Positions 1 to 11,170 are shown, counted from the first letter of the stretch. The stretch: 64,000 bases of DNA from Candidatus Cloacimonadota bacterium (GCA_023954715.1 JAGSHD010000001.1:364468-428467), one strand, 5' to 3'. A program made the numbers and translations. The notes: a model not told the origin generated them from the letters alone.

Positions 1-355
1 GAAACTCACCCACACTGGTAAATCCAGCCTCTAACATGTCCATATAGGCAAAATCAGCTACTTTTTCAAAAGATGCTCCATCTAGCTTTTCAACTAAATC
101 ATACATGGTTTCTCTCCATGTCCAAAAGCTATCATTATTTGAAAAATCCTGGACTTGCTCTGACTTTGCTGCCATAGCTCTTTGAAAACTATGAGAGTGA
201 CAATTCACAAATCCAGGAATCACAACTCCTAAGTTAAGCCCCTCTTTTTTAGCGTTGTCTATAAAGCTTGAAATGACGCCATTTGAATCTACTTCAAAAC
301 TCACATCCTTTAACCATTTTTGACCATCAAACAATAATTCACTAAAATATTTCAT
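1..355 (-). CDS. hutF: Formimidoylglutamate deiminase (HutF), N-terminal part; gene continues beyond window start
   Basis: Minus-strand translation from the ATG at 355-353 gives MKYFSELLFDGQKW...GFVNCHSHSFQRAMAAKSE...DSFWTWRETMYDL. This matches the HutF N-terminus, including the amidohydrolase HxH metal motif and the DSFWTWRE block. Its start overlaps the hutG stop (ATGA). Confidence 0.78.
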   Translation of the reverse strand, partial: MKYFSELLFDGQKWLKDVSFEVDSNGVISSFIDNAKKEGLNLGVVIPGFVNCHSHSFQRAMAAKSEQVQDFSNNDSFWTWRETMYDLVEKLDGASFEKVADFAYMDMLEAGFTSVGEF

Positions 356-1140
356 TTTCTTTTACCCAAGTCTTTCATGACATTTGAAAACTCTTGTAAC
401 AAATCTTTTAACATTTTTTCACAACGATCAAATTTTGGCTCTGGCGTCATATATATGTCTTGTGACATTTCTAGCTGAATGGAGTGTCTACCTTTGGATA
501 AATCAGAAAAAGAACGGGTAATATTACCCCCTTTAAAAGGAAAATTATTAGAATGATTATATCCATGACGCTCAAAAACTTGAATACCTTGTTCAAGCAA
601 TCGATTATCACATGTCAAGCCATCTCGGTTACCGAGCATCACATCACTAAAATCTTGGTCTGATATTTTTTTTACACTTCTACGAATGCTATGAGCATCA
701 AAAAGCAAAACCTGATCAAAAGACATTTGAACTAAATCAAACAGATCATGGATCTGTTGATAATATGGGTCATAGATTTTTTTTATACGATCGGCAATAT
801 CCTCTTGACTTGGATTATAGTTTAGATAAATCTCTTCTTCATTAAAAGTATGTGTAGGGACTAATGAACTCGTCTTTCTAGTATACAAACTCTTTTCTTG
901 GGGAAGTGGTCGATTTAAATCAATCTGATATCTAGAGTAGTTAGCATAAATCACAGGAATCTGCATCTCTTTAGCAAATTTATATAAATCCTGTAATATC
1001 CAATCCGTATCAATCAAACTTAATGATTCTTTGGTCATTTTTGACTTTATCTCTTCATCGATGTGCGTCCCACAATGCGGTATAGAAAGAACCAACGGGT
1101 GCAATATTTTATCTGGAATAAAAAGTTCAAAAGCTTTCAT
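352..1140 (-). CDS. hutG: N-formylglutamate amidohydrolase (FGase family)
   Basis: 262-aa ORF with FGase-family blocks SIPHCGTH and YSRYQIDLNRP. It is translationally coupled to the downstream hutF. Confidence 0.72.
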   Translation of the reverse strand: MKAFELFIPDKILHPLVLSIPHCGTHIDEEIKSKMTKESLSLIDTDWILQDLYKFAKEMQIPVIYANYSRYQIDLNRPLPQEKSLYTRKTSSLVPTHTFNEEEIYLNYNPSQEDIADRIKKIYDPYYQQIHDLFDLVQMSFDQVLLFDAHSIRRSVKKISDQDFSDVMLGNRDGLTCDNRLLEQGIQVFERHGYNHSNNFPFKGGNITRSFSDLSKGRHSIQLEMSQDIYMTPEPKFDRCEKMLKDLLQEFSNVMKDLGKRK

Positions 1141-1224
1141 AATCTACTACTCTCAATTCTAGTTCGAATCGATCTTCATGTGCAGTTAATACCAAAGGTA
1201 ACATATCACATGTAATCTATTTTA

Positions 1225-2796
1225 TTAGTGACATTGTACAAGGTTATCAATATGACTAAAACAGTCTTCATATTTTATAATATCAGGGCACCCGTGTAAA
1301 TCTAGTGCTTTTAACATACTTAAGCACCCCGTGTTCTTGTCACCTGTCAAATATAAATACTCACCTCTATACTGATGAAGACGATGATATTCACCCTGTT
1401 GCTTCAAAATTAATTTATAAACCTTATCTGCTTGCTTAAATTTTTTATTTAGACCTAAGTAAAACATTTCTCTTACTCCGTAATACAAGTTAGTTGGGTC
1501 CTTAGACACTGCTTTTTGAAGAAATGATAGAGACTTCTTGGGATTATTTTGTAAAATCTCTTCGTACGCTTTTACACCTTGAATATAAGCGCTATCGGGA
1601 TCTTGTTTCTCCATATCTGCAATCAATTTTTTGGTAGCTCCTACTCCGTGTAAATCTAATGTTAAGTCAATCATAGCTTCCGCCCATTCTAAGGTTTTTT
1701 TTCTCCTGAAGATTATCGTTACAGCCTGAAGCGCTTCCTTTTTTTGCCCAAGATATAAAAAACTTGAATATGCCAATAGAATACTAGAGTTTGATTTTGA
1801 GTTTGGAGATATAAAGTTATCTAAAAGCGAGTACTTGAGAGCCATTTGAAAATTATTCTTTTTGTGATACATCCATGCTAAAAAATTATAAGGCGATGAA
1901 AACCATACTTCTTTAGAAGGACTAATTTTTATAGCTGCCTCAAAATTTTCAATAGCCAAATCAAAGTTCTTTAAATAGAAATAGGCATATGCCTGTCTAT
2001 AGTACCACTCATTATATCTATACTTTTTAGGAACTTCACTTAAAGCTATCAAAGCTTGGCTGTACTTTTTTGATTGAATCAAATCTTTAATATCAGTAAA
2101 AACATCTTCATAATAGAGTTGATTCAAAATTGGATTTTGATTGATAAACTTCTTTTGCTTATACAAAAAGCTCCTGTATTCGCCAGCTTTACCACCCCAT
2201 TTTATTTTGGAGTATCCCGCTATCATACTATTCAGTGCGTAATAATGAGGGTATCTTTTCAAAGCCTCATGTTTTTTAATATGAAAAGTTTCCTTATCTA
2301 TGTGAAAAATCACACTCAAATATTTGAAACTTAACAAAATTCCAGGTGTCTTAATCTGTTTAGCTAACTTGAAATGGTACAATGCTTCCTTAAGATATGC
2401 CTTAAAGTTTTGTAAATTACTATCCGGAGTCTTTGAAGCATAGTCATACTTACGATGTCTCCAAGCTAAACTATGATAATAATACCCTAGCATTACATTA
2501 GGAAAGTACCCACTTTTTGATGCTTCTTTCCAGTTTAACAAAAGCTCTAAAACTTCTTGGTTATCGATAGTATATAGAAAAGTCACATCTTGTAGCAAAA
2601 CACTATGTTGCGGATCTAAATCAACCTTTTGTATTATGTTATCTAAATCTTTTTCTAGGGCTAAGTACTTGCCTTCTTTCAAAAATAGCAGATGTTTAAA
2701 CCATATTGCATCATGAGACTGCGGAAGTATATCTAAGGTATCCGAATCCGCATGAAAAGCACTAACAAAACATAAAAGCAATAAAATTTTGAACAT
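1225..2796 (-). CDS. Secreted tetratricopeptide-repeat protein with a C-terminal Cys cluster
   Basis: 523-aa ORF with an N-terminal signal-peptide-like segment (MFKILLLLCFVSAFHA) and repeated A/Y/L-rich 34-residue TPR-like units. The C-terminus reads GCLSMLKALDLHGCPD...CFSHIDNLVQCH. Confidence 0.55.
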   Translation of the reverse strand: MFKILLLLCFVSAFHADSDTLDILPQSHDAIWFKHLLFLKEGKYLALEKDLDNIIQKVDLDPQHSVLLQDVTFLYTIDNQEVLELLLNWKEASKSGYFPNVMLGYYYHSLAWRHRKYDYASKTPDSNLQNFKAYLKEALYHFKLAKQIKTPGILLSFKYLSVIFHIDKETFHIKKHEALKRYPHYYALNSMIAGYSKIKWGGKAGEYRSFLYKQKKFINQNPILNQLYYEDVFTDIKDLIQSKKYSQALIALSEVPKKYRYNEWYYRQAYAYFYLKNFDLAIENFEAAIKISPSKEVWFSSPYNFLAWMYHKKNNFQMALKYSLLDNFISPNSKSNSSILLAYSSFLYLGQKKEALQAVTIIFRRKKTLEWAEAMIDLTLDLHGVGATKKLIADMEKQDPDSAYIQGVKAYEEILQNNPKKSLSFLQKAVSKDPTNLYYGVREMFYLGLNKKFKQADKVYKLILKQQGEYHRLHQYRGEYLYLTGDKNTGCLSMLKALDLHGCPDIIKYEDCFSHIDNLVQCH

Positions 2797-2896
2797 ACAG
2801 ATGGGTTCCCTTGTCTACTACGAGCTGAAACAATTTATCTAATTGCTTTCAAACACTCAATGTTAACACAAACTAATTTATGAATCTCCATAGTCT

Positions 2897-3829
2897 GTGC
2901 ACTATTATGATGATACCCTTTTTATAGTTGCTCTAAAGAAGAATTTTATGAATCAAAGCGAAAGACAATTTACCTTAAACTTATTAAAAGTATTTTTTGT
3001 ATGCTTCTTGATTCTCTCAACTTTTTTATTATATAAGTTTTTTAATACTAGCTATAAGGGAATAATAGATAACAGTCCCTCATCAGACGAACTCATAGAT
3101 AAAAAGTCTTTTTTACCTTTAACTAATAATGACTTGTTTCAACTAGACTTACGAAAAGTATCCTTTACCTATTTAATACCTCAGTCAGTTAAATTGACAG
3201 ATTTTGAGAAACTAGTAAAATCTACTTTTGAAGACAAGCCGTACTTTGAGCCAAAGATCCAAAAGATCTCAACCCCTTTCGAACATAAAAATAAAAATTT
3301 AAACCAAATTGAACTTTATTTTTTTCTTTCTGATGAGCCCTATTCACAGTTATACCAGCTCATTAAAACATTCAGAGATTTACTACAAATTCAGGATTCA
3401 AAATTATCTTTTTCTGGAGTCTTATATGATTTAGAGGACTTTAACAAACAGTTTACAATGACTTTTTCAAAAGAAAAAATTATAGGTTTTGAATTTGTAA
3501 ATATATTTAAATACAAAGGCTATTTATATACCAATGGACTTTCATTCTTTGGATTACCAGAATTATTTGTAAAGTCTAGGTTGAAGCTCGTTAGACTAAA
3601 CGAAATTATAAAACAAACAGCACATCAATTGATTGCAAAAGAAAAGATCGATTTGAAAGGTTCTTTGCTTCTTACGATGGATAAATCACTTAATTATCAA
3701 TCTACATTTACCAAGGCTAAAAACTATCAAACAACCATTCAAATCGGTAAACAAACTATCCCTGGCTTCAATGTAAGAACAAACAGAATTCGCTTTTTAA
3801 AAGAACGAAATACCAAACGGAAGCGATGA
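2897..3829 (+). CDS. Hypothetical protein with an N-terminal TM anchor
   Basis: 310-aa ORF, no recognisable domain. The hydrophobic segment FFVCFLILSTFLLY lies near the N-terminus. Its stop overlaps the next ORF's start (ATGA). Confidence 0.45.
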   Translation: MHYYDDTLFIVALKKNFMNQSERQFTLNLLKVFFVCFLILSTFLLYKFFNTSYKGIIDNSPSSDELIDKKSFLPLTNNDLFQLDLRKVSFTYLIPQSVKLTDFEKLVKSTFEDKPYFEPKIQKISTPFEHKNKNLNQIELYFFLSDEPYSQLYQLIKTFRDLLQIQDSKLSFSGVLYDLEDFNKQFTMTFSKEKIIGFEFVNIFKYKGYLYTNGLSFFGLPELFVKSRLKLVRLNEIIKQTAHQLIAKEKIDLKGSLLLTMDKSLNYQSTFTKAKNYQTTIQIGKQTIPGFNVRTNRIRFLKERNTKRKR

Positions 3830-4254
3830 TTATGACGCTCAATGAGTTTTTTGGTAAAAAGATAAATACTCTTCAAAAGTTTAAACTAGACTCGGAGTTA
3901 CAAAAAGCTGTCTTTAAAGTTCAATCGAAACTTACTGAACTAAAAAGAAAGTTTGAACAAAACTCCGCATTGTATCTCTTAGTGGAGTTTTCTACTTTAA
4001 CGTCTCAAACAAACTGGCTTTGGGTCGAAGTCCTAGAATGGGAAGAAAACTCTCTCACTGCGCTGCTTTTAGATCAACCTACTAAAACTTTTCATTTGCG
4101 CCAAGGAAGTAAAGTAAAATTTAAAAAAGGTTCTATCAAAGATTATCAACTCTATAGTGACAACGTGTTTATCTCAGGTAATTTGACTTATCAAAATATA
4201 GAAATAAAAGAAGACAAAGTATTGAATATACTAATTGATAGGCTGTCTCATTAA
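3826..4254 (+). CDS. Hypothetical protein
   Basis: 142-aa ORF, translationally coupled to the upstream ORF. No recognisable motif. Confidence 0.45.
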   Translation: MIMTLNEFFGKKINTLQKFKLDSELQKAVFKVQSKLTELKRKFEQNSALYLLVEFSTLTSQTNWLWVEVLEWEENSLTALLLDQPTKTFHLRQGSKVKFKKGSIKDYQLYSDNVFISGNLTYQNIEIKEDKVLNILIDRLSH

Positions 4255-5280
4255 TCTAAATCCCATATTACTCATTTTAGAATGATCATAAAGACTAACT
4301 CTACTACCTGGATATGCAGCAAAAGTAAAATCTAAGCGTGAGTTGATACTGGCCATATCTTTAAAAGATCCACCCATAGCGATTTTTCCACGATTCGATG
4401 AATCTAGTTTTTGCCCTTTTGAATCTAACCAATGTACGCCTTTAGGTAGGCTAAACACACTAGATGTTCTTTCGCCTACATTGCCGACCATATCATGAAA
4501 ACCCCAAGCGTTTGCTGGTTTCAAACCAATTTCTTGATGCTGCGAAAGATGTTGCCCACCTTGTTTTACTAGAATTTTTTGCCTACTAGTGTTACCTTCT
4601 AACCATCCAAAAACTGCCAAACCAATCATTGGATATTTGTTTAAGTCTACATTCATATACTCTTTATAATTTGTCTGATTTTTAAAGAAAAAAGTATGAC
4701 TTTCTCTGGCTCTGTAGGCATACTCCCACTGAACTTGCGAGGGCAATTTATATAGATAACCGTCATTTAATTGATTTAATTTCTTTAAAAACGCATCAAT
4801 CTCTGATCTACTCAAATTTTCAACTGGTCTTTTGGCTCCTTTAAATCGACTTGGATTATAGGACATTACTTTCTCAAAAAACTCTTGGGTAACTTCGTAT
4901 TTACCAAGTTCAAACCCCTGATTGATAACAGTTTTAACTCTTAACTTTGGCGTATAAAACTCAGACCATATCTTTCGACCGCTCTTAGCACTCCAACTTA
5001 CCATCCTAATTTTTCTAGTATGAGTATTTACAGACTTTTCATAGCGTGGATGAGTACCCATATAAAAGCTCCCTGATTCTACAGCTATAAATGGGTATAA
5101 CTGATCCATATCAACTTCTAGAGAAGAGTTTGATCGCACAGCATCTTTTGGCTGAACTAACCCCTCAAAAAAGGAATCTCCTGCATAGATAATATGACTC
5201 AACATTAAACCAAGAATAATAAATTTCATAATAGTCCCTAAATTAACTTTATTCACAACATTGCGACTCAATGAAATCAA
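4231..5280 (-). CDS. Formylglycine-generating-enzyme (FGE/SUMF1) family protein, secreted
   Basis: 349-aa ORF with a signal peptide. FGE-domain signature blocks NAWGFHDMVGNVGE and the C-terminal GFRLMRQ are present. Confidence 0.68.
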   Translation of the reverse strand: MISLSRNVVNKVNLGTIMKFIILGLMLSHIIYAGDSFFEGLVQPKDAVRSNSSLEVDMDQLYPFIAVESGSFYMGTHPRYEKSVNTHTRKIRMVSWSAKSGRKIWSEFYTPKLRVKTVINQGFELGKYEVTQEFFEKVMSYNPSRFKGAKRPVENLSRSEIDAFLKKLNQLNDGYLYKLPSQVQWEYAYRARESHTFFFKNQTNYKEYMNVDLNKYPMIGLAVFGWLEGNTSRQKILVKQGGQHLSQHQEIGLKPANAWGFHDMVGNVGERTSSVFSLPKGVHWLDSKGQKLDSSNRGKIAMGGSFKDMASINSRLDFTFAAYPGSRVSLYDHSKMSNMGFRLMRQPIN

Positions 5281-5799
5281 TCGATTTGAAATTCCATCAC
5301 AGTGTAATTAGATTAACTTTACTACAATATTATGCAATATGTATACCCTAACTAATCTAACCAATTAAAGTTGGTTTTTTAAACGAAATTGAACTCCTAA
5401 ATAGTGGTTGTATCAATTAAAAGAGACAAAACGGAACACTATTGAGTTGAGTGGAAAAGATCTGTATTGTGCCAACTTCAAATTTGTGATCCATTTGTTT
5501 CAACATTATGAAACAAGTCACAGGATTACTAAAAATCTTAAGACATATGCTTTTAAGAGCAAAATAAAAATATTTTGCATTTAGGAGAAAAATGAAAACT
5601 TTAACATGTAATACAAAGAAAGTTCTATAGATTATAGATCTGTTGTTTCTTCTCCTATCTGAAACACCCCGACTAAAATACTTCTAACAATTGTCATCAT
5701 GTAAATTCGTTTCTGTTTTTGCTTTGACATAAAAAAGGTCATTCATTTTACACAAATTCAGTAGTTTACTGATTATTAATTTAAACGAAAGGACATCTT

Positions 5800-5937
5800 A
5801 TGAACCCTAAAATAAAATATCATACACGAAATATACAAAAGATTGTTTCTGAAAACCTACAATGGATTATCGGAGCACATACCAAAATGTACTGCGAAAG
5901 AATCCATCATTCTGAAATTGATTTATCTAATAGTTAA
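5800..5937 (+). CDS. Possible small ORF (45 aa) in a long gene-free region
   Basis: ATG at 5800 preceded by AAAGGA at a good spacing. Product MNPKIKYHTRNIQKIVSENLQWIIGAHTKMYCERIHHSEIDLSNS. No homology recognisable. Confidence 0.2.
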   Translation: MNPKIKYHTRNIQKIVSENLQWIIGAHTKMYCERIHHSEIDLSNS

Positions 5938-6081
5938 AATCTTTTTATAATAGAAGATTTCACTAGATAAACTATCAGACATAATCCAATATAATACAGT
6001 CTTCTGGACCCAGGAAAAACTCAACATTGTATCTGTTGGAGCTAAAAATGGAACTAGCCTAAATCTAGGTAATTTGTCTCA

Positions 6082-6711
6082 TTAAATAAAAATCACTTGG
6101 TCGTCTTTTAAGTACTCTGGATATTTTTGCATAATACCCAAAAAGAGCTCCGACTCAAGCTGCTCATTTAACCAATCAATCAAATAACTATATTTTGTTG
6201 AAAAAAACCACTTTCTATCCACATGAGCAAATTGTCGAACAAATGGAAAGATAGCTATATCAGCAAAACTCAAAGTGTCACCATAAAGGTATTTACTCTT
6301 CATCAGGAGTTGATTGAGAATAGTTAAAAACTCCTCTCCTTTTGATCGATAATACTCCATGGGATGCTCTGGATGTCTATCACTATATTTATAACGATCT
6401 AAATGATATTTGAAGCTAGAGTCATTCATTTTTATCAAATCTAAAACTTCTTGCTCTTTTGATAAAATATTACTTGGATCACTCTGAGTTAAGGCCCATA
6501 TCATAATATCTAGACTTTCTTCTATGACTGTACCGTCTGGCAAAAATACTACAGGAACGGTCCCCTTTGGAGAAATTGCTAGCATTTCTTGTGGTTTATT
6601 TTTTAAGGTGATTTCTCTAACAACAATACAAGTCTCAGCAAGTTTTAAGGCGAGTCGAGCTCGCATAGCGTAAGGACATCGTCTAAAAGAATATAATATA
6701 GGGTGACTCAT
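6082..6711 (-). CDS. Glutathione S-transferase family protein
   Basis: 209-aa ORF with a GST N-terminal thioredoxin-fold signature (LYSFRRCPYAMRARLAL ... GTVPVV) and a C-terminal alpha-helical domain. Confidence 0.62.
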   Translation of the reverse strand: MSHPILYSFRRCPYAMRARLALKLAETCIVVREITLKNKPQEMLAISPKGTVPVVFLPDGTVIEESLDIMIWALTQSDPSNILSKEQEVLDLIKMNDSSFKYHLDRYKYSDRHPEHPMEYYRSKGEEFLTILNQLLMKSKYLYGDTLSFADIAIFPFVRQFAHVDRKWFFSTKYSYLIDWLNEQLESELFLGIMQKYPEYLKDDQVIFI

Positions 6712-6802
6712 GAATATTTAAACCTTTATATAAAAGTAAGTATAAAAGTTATATCATATAAGAAAAGTTATAAAATTAAAACCGTACAAAAACTAATCTC
6801 TA

Positions 6803-9262
6803 TCACGACTCTATTGATAGAAGCTTTGGCTCTTCATTAGCTTGTTGTTCAATTGTTTCTGTTTTAACACTAAAATAGTCTAACAACTCTACTAGTCCAC
6901 TCACTTCACTTATTAGTTGCTTTGACTGAGCCGCTGTATCTTTTACATTATTTGAGTTTTCATCAGTCACTTTACTTACTTCAGACAGTGCTAAATTTGC
7001 ATCTTGGATAGACTCCGATTGCTTTGTTGATACTTCTGCTATCTCCGATACCAAACCTGCTGAACTTATAATGTCTTCAACAATTTTATCCAATGATAAT
7101 GCCGTTTCATTGGCAATATTAGTACCTCTAATAATCTTATCATTAGATAAACTAATCAATTCAGCAGTCTCAGTTACTGCTTTAGCTGATCTGCCAGCGA
7201 GGTTTCTAACTTCTTCTGCAACCACAGCAAAACCTCTACCATGAGCTCCTGCTCTAGCTGCTTCTACTGCTGCATTTAAAGCTAATAAGTTAGTTTGAAA
7301 AGCTATATCTTCGATTGTCCTTATAATTTTGGTAATCGAACTAGCAGCATCGTTAATATCATTAATCGCCTCGACTAATGTCTGCATTTGCTTACTACCA
7401 TGTGAAGCGGCCTCGCATGCACGAGAAGTCATCTCATTGGCGTTCATAGCATTTTTTTCATTTTCATTAATATGTTGAGCAACCATATCCATAGAAGCAT
7501 TAATTTGCTCTAAACTACTAGATAAACTTTCTACGCCAGTTGATAGGTGATCACAATCTCTTGAAATTATCCCGGCACCGGATTCTACAGATTCTGCGCA
7601 ATCTGAAATATTATTTACTAACTGGTATAAGGTATTTTGCATTCGCTCTAAGGACTTACCAAAGACATCTTTATCTGATAAAACTTTTACTTGATTGTCT
7701 AGATACCCCTTAGAAATACTCTCTGTCATTTTAGCATGATCTTGTAAAAAGTCTGCCATCAAGTTTAAGGAGTCAATCATTTTACCTAGTTCATCGCTTC
7801 GGTTTAACTCGACTCTTGAAGATACATCTCCCTTTAACACAGATTCAAAATACTTTAATACTTGCTCAATGGGAGACTTTAATGATTTTGTAATTGAACT
7901 CGAGCAAAAAATACCTCCTAACAAGGCAATTACAACAAGTAAAATAGCTGCTATCGAAGACTCCTTTTGTACGTTATATCGTTCTTTTTCTGCTCGCGTC
8001 GCAAAAGTCTCACTTAAATCAAGGACATTTCTAAGGGCGTTTGTACCTTCATTTAATTTTACATCTGAATTATAAGTTTCATGTATTAAAGAGCGCATTC
8101 CGTTCACATAGAGTATAAATTTATCACGAATCTCTTGAAGTTTTTGGGCACTTTCATCTCTTACCTCTTGGATATTTTGACTTTTATAAATCGTGTTTTC
8201 TAATTGGTTTAATCTTTCTACGAGCTCTGAAATTACAATGGATAACTTTTCAATTCGAAAATAGCTCTTATCAATCAAAAACCTACTATCTTGTAATTTG
8301 ATTTTTAAAAGCCATGTCTCTGCTCTAAAAAGGTCTTCTACTAGAAGTGTCTGTAAATAGATCACTTCTTTGTCAGGAGTTTCAGCGAACTCTAAGTTTT
8401 CAAGTTCTATCTCATGAATTTCGATCAAAGCGGCAAAAACCTCTTTAATCTCCTCTCCTATAATTAACAGGCTATTTTTTAATAGTTTTATATCTTCTGA
8501 GGAATTTTTAATACCAAGAAAACTTTTTGCATACTCTTCTAACTGGTGCTTTAACCTAACTAAAAACTTTACTTCCATTGCATCAATTTTAGATTTTTCA
8601 ATATTTACAATGGACTTTTTAAAGTTTGTACGAGTTTTTTCATAGAGATTAAATACATTAATTGCCTGATCCTCATCCTCATTACTTGAGATCACATATC
8701 TATATTGCAAAGCCTCAAATTCTGATGCCAAAGAGCTTAAGCTGGCAATTTTAGACGACATATCCGCCTGATTTGATACATTAGATAAAGAAAAAATACC
8801 AACAAGTGCTATCATTAATGCAACACAAATCATATAGGTAAAACCACTACCTAGTTTTTTCGAAATGTTTAAGTTGTTATAAAATTGACTCCGAACCAAA
8901 TAAGAAAGTAAAAGAGTCAAAAATAGAAAAGAAATAGACAAGTAGGTGGCTAAGCCAACTTTTACACTATCTGAAACTAACTCTACTTCTGTGGTTATAC
9001 TACTGCTTTTACGAGCCTTATCATAGGAGTCAAAGTGTTCTTTTGGGATTAATCTAAAACTTGATTCAGCACTAAGTTCAGTTAATCGCTCATATTTAGA
9101 GGTAATCTCTTTAAACGCACCTGATTTAAAAAGTATCTTGGTTTTATTTTCTGATAGAGCTTGTTGTTCTGTAATTGCTAAATCAGATAATATTCCGTCA
9201 CAATATACTTTAGGAGAAAAAAACAAAATGGCTAAAAATAATACTCGATAAATTGATCTCAC
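6803..9262 (-). CDS. Methyl-accepting chemotaxis protein
   Basis: 819 aa. An N-terminal signal/TM segment, a long coiled-coil sensor region and a second TM are followed by HAMP and the conserved MCP signalling block [39 protein letters not shown]. Confidence 0.85.
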   Translation of the reverse strand: MRSIYRVLFLAILFFSPKVYCDGILSDLAITEQQALSENKTKILFKSGAFKEITSKYERLTELSAESSFRLIPKEHFDSYDKARKSSSITTEVELVSDSVKVGLATYLSISFLFLTLLLSYLVRSQFYNNLNISKKLGSGFTYMICVALMIALVGIFSLSNVSNQADMSSKIASLSSLASEFEALQYRYVISSNEDEDQAINVFNLYEKTRTNFKKSIVNIEKSKIDAMEVKFLVRLKHQLEEYAKSFLGIKNSSEDIKLLKNSLLIIGEEIKEVFAALIEIHEIELENLEFAETPDKEVIYLQTLLVEDLFRAETWLLKIKLQDSRFLIDKSYFRIEKLSIVISELVERLNQLENTIYKSQNIQEVRDESAQKLQEIRDKFILYVNGMRSLIHETYNSDVKLNEGTNALRNVLDLSETFATRAEKERYNVQKESSIAAILLVVIALLGGIFCSSSITKSLKSPIEQVLKYFESVLKGDVSSRVELNRSDELGKMIDSLNLMADFLQDHAKMTESISKGYLDNQVKVLSDKDVFGKSLERMQNTLYQLVNNISDCAESVESGAGIISRDCDHLSTGVESLSSSLEQINASMDMVAQHINENEKNAMNANEMTSRACEAASHGSKQMQTLVEAINDINDAASSITKIIRTIEDIAFQTNLLALNAAVEAARAGAHGRGFAVVAEEVRNLAGRSAKAVTETAELISLSNDKIIRGTNIANETALSLDKIVEDIISSAGLVSEIAEVSTKQSESIQDANLALSEVSKVTDENSNNVKDTAAQSKQLISEVSGLVELLDYFSVKTETIEQQANEEPKLLSIES

Positions 9263-9453
9263 AGATTATCCTTACAGCAGTACTGGTTAATATTTAATAC
9301 CGTCTATGTGGAGTAATTATTTAATGTGTTCGGCAATTTACAGTTAGAAGATAGGATTATACCCTCTTCAAATGTTAAAACGTATCTTCTTCAAACTTGA
9401 TACATCATTATTTTCACAAAATAAGTTTTAAAGTTTTAGTTTATTTTGATTGT

Positions 9454-10128
9454 TTACCAAACCATGTTTCGTAAATTTAAATCAGGGTCTAAACTTGTTT
9501 CGTCTTTAGGAATATTAAACAAGTCTCCTACCGTAAAACCAATCGTTATATGAAAGTCTTGTTTCATAGGATCAAAAACTTTTCTAGGAATTTTATATTT
9601 GTTTGCTACTTCAACTCGTAACTTTCTTAGTTGATGAGATCGAACCACTAAAAAATATACTTCGGTATAAACTCCAGCAAAATTATGCCCTTTTGCTACA
9701 CCGATTCCTCTGATACTCCAGTCCATAGACTGAATTTTAGAAGCATAATCTTTTTCAACAGCGTTCATTGAAAAACCTTTTATCCCAGCTGCAATAATCG
9801 CATCATGCTCAGGAGGAGTAATTACTGTAATATGAGCTTCACCTCTATCTTTTAATACTAAATTTTTTTCACTTTCAATCTTTGATTTCACTTGATTTAC
9901 TGGGGCAAAGTTTACCTTGTGCATCAAATAAGTACGATATTTGTTATTAAGGTCAATGTGGGATTCAAAGTTTTGACTTTCTCTTATTTTTTTGTAGAAA
10001 GATTTATCTTTAGACTCAAGTATCTCTTGATACAAACTAGAAAATACAGAGTCTTTAGCTAAGCTATCTCCCCCATAAGCACATGTTGTAAGTAAGCCAA
10101 TACAAAGTAGTAGAATAAAATATTTCAT
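9454..10128 (-). CDS. Secreted 2H-phosphoesterase-like protein (putative)
   Basis: 224 aa with a signal peptide. Two H-x-T-x motifs (HITV, HITIG) lie about 90 residues apart, as in LigT/2H phosphoesterases. Confidence 0.4.
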   Translation of the reverse strand: MKYFILLLCIGLLTTCAYGGDSLAKDSVFSSLYQEILESKDKSFYKKIRESQNFESHIDLNNKYRTYLMHKVNFAPVNQVKSKIESEKNLVLKDRGEAHITVITPPEHDAIIAAGIKGFSMNAVEKDYASKIQSMDWSIRGIGVAKGHNFAGVYTEVYFLVVRSHQLRKLRVEVANKYKIPRKVFDPMKQDFHITIGFTVGDLFNIPKDETSLDPDLNLRNMVW

Positions 10129-10262
10129 AAGTGTTCTCCGCTCATCCTAATTTTTGAGTAACTTTCTTTGTTTACTGTAGCAATCTTATAGATGTGACAC
10201 AGTATTTATATTCGATAAATCAGTATAGGAGTCCCATCGTCAAAATTCAATGACTAATAAAT

Positions 10263-11108
10263 TTATGAGTCACTAGAAGTTTTAACCGCCCAAAAAAATG
10301 CTTCTTCTCCTATTTGAGGGTTTAAGTTTGGCATTACGATATATGCGCCTTGCTTAAATGGACATAAAATTTGGCCCATACTGTCGTGAGCAACTTGTTG
10401 CTTGTATTTAATAAAATCAAATCCTTTAAATTTTTGTATAAACTGAAAACCCTCTTTTACTTCAATTGAACCCTTACACTCTAACTGAAGCTTGCATTGA
10501 ATTAGCTGTTGATCTTGCAAGAAGTTTCTAATGCAATTTTTAGCTGTTTCAATGGCCGATTTATCATCATGTTGACCACATTCTACAGTTACTGCACACG
10601 TGTTTACTGATTTTGCATAATCCATAGTAGTACCGCCCTCAACGGTCAAATGAGCAAGTTTTGTTACCATGTATTGAATACATAAACTGCTTGCTAAAAG
10701 CTCCGAAGTATTATTATGACAAGGGATAGCATGACTCGGAGATGGCAAAGAAGTAGAATGTATATCTAAAATATAGTCCGCTTTTTCAATCAATGATGCT
10801 ACTAATCTAGCTCTTTCCTTTTCATAGCTATGGCTTAAGTCTAGCTTTCCTATAGAACGGTTCAAATCTCGATTTACTATTCTGGTTTTGGATAAATAGG
10901 CTTGTTTATTAGCTAGTAAAATAGTCAACGCCCCCTTTTGAACAAGATTGAACAACTCCCCGCTATCCCTCAAAGCCAAAATAGCCTCTACTCCACAAGT
11001 TTCATTTCCGTGAATACATACTAAAATTAAATACTTGGGTCCAGCTTTATCCGAAGAAATCTCGTATCCATCAAACAAGTCTTCTACAGCAAATGTAGCC
11101 TCACTCAT
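10263..11108 (-). CDS. Succinylglutamate desuccinylase / aspartoacylase (AstE/AspA) family zinc hydrolase
   Basis: 281 aa. The VCIHGNETCG motif is typical of the AstE_AspA family. Confidence 0.62.
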   Translation of the reverse strand: MSEATFAVEDLFDGYEISSDKAGPKYLILVCIHGNETCGVEAILALRDSGELFNLVQKGALTILLANKQAYLSKTRIVNRDLNRSIGKLDLSHSYEKERARLVASLIEKADYILDIHSTSLPSPSHAIPCHNNTSELLASSLCIQYMVTKLAHLTVEGGTTMDYAKSVNTCAVTVECGQHDDKSAIETAKNCIRNFLQDQQLIQCKLQLECKGSIEVKEGFQFIQKFKGFDFIKYKQQVAHDSMGQILCPFKQGAYIVMPNLNPQIGEEAFFWAVKTSSDS

Positions 11109-11170
11109 TAATCAATCCTTTTTATCAGTCTTTACATATATACCTAAAGTATGGCTAATTAATGCCGTCC

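Noticed and set aside
2074-2334. Short plus-strand ORFs nested antisense in larger genes (also 7869-8075, 11035-11238, 12380-12598, 12677-12955, 13865-14149, 15384-15770, 16938-17129, 21080-21265, 21752-21988, 24711-25040, 25674-26027, 26049-26303, 27133-27330, 30230-30424, 30877-31077, 36108-36311, 39492-39677, 41760-41951, 42314-42499, 42690-43001, 45329-45592, 46634-46861, 47744-47980, 50158-50397, 51699-51926, 55758-56034, 56664-56921, 57461-57667, 62114-62338)
   Set aside because: Each lies entirely inside, and antisense to or out of frame with, a longer ORF that has recognisable motifs. No RBS or domain support.
5281-6081. Possible tmRNA, RNase P or SRP RNA in the long intergenic region
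   Set aside because: I looked for the conserved tmRNA 3' T-arm/CCA-proximal motif, the RNase P P4 sequences, and the SRP GGAA tetraloop context. None was seen by eye. An Infernal scan would be decisive.
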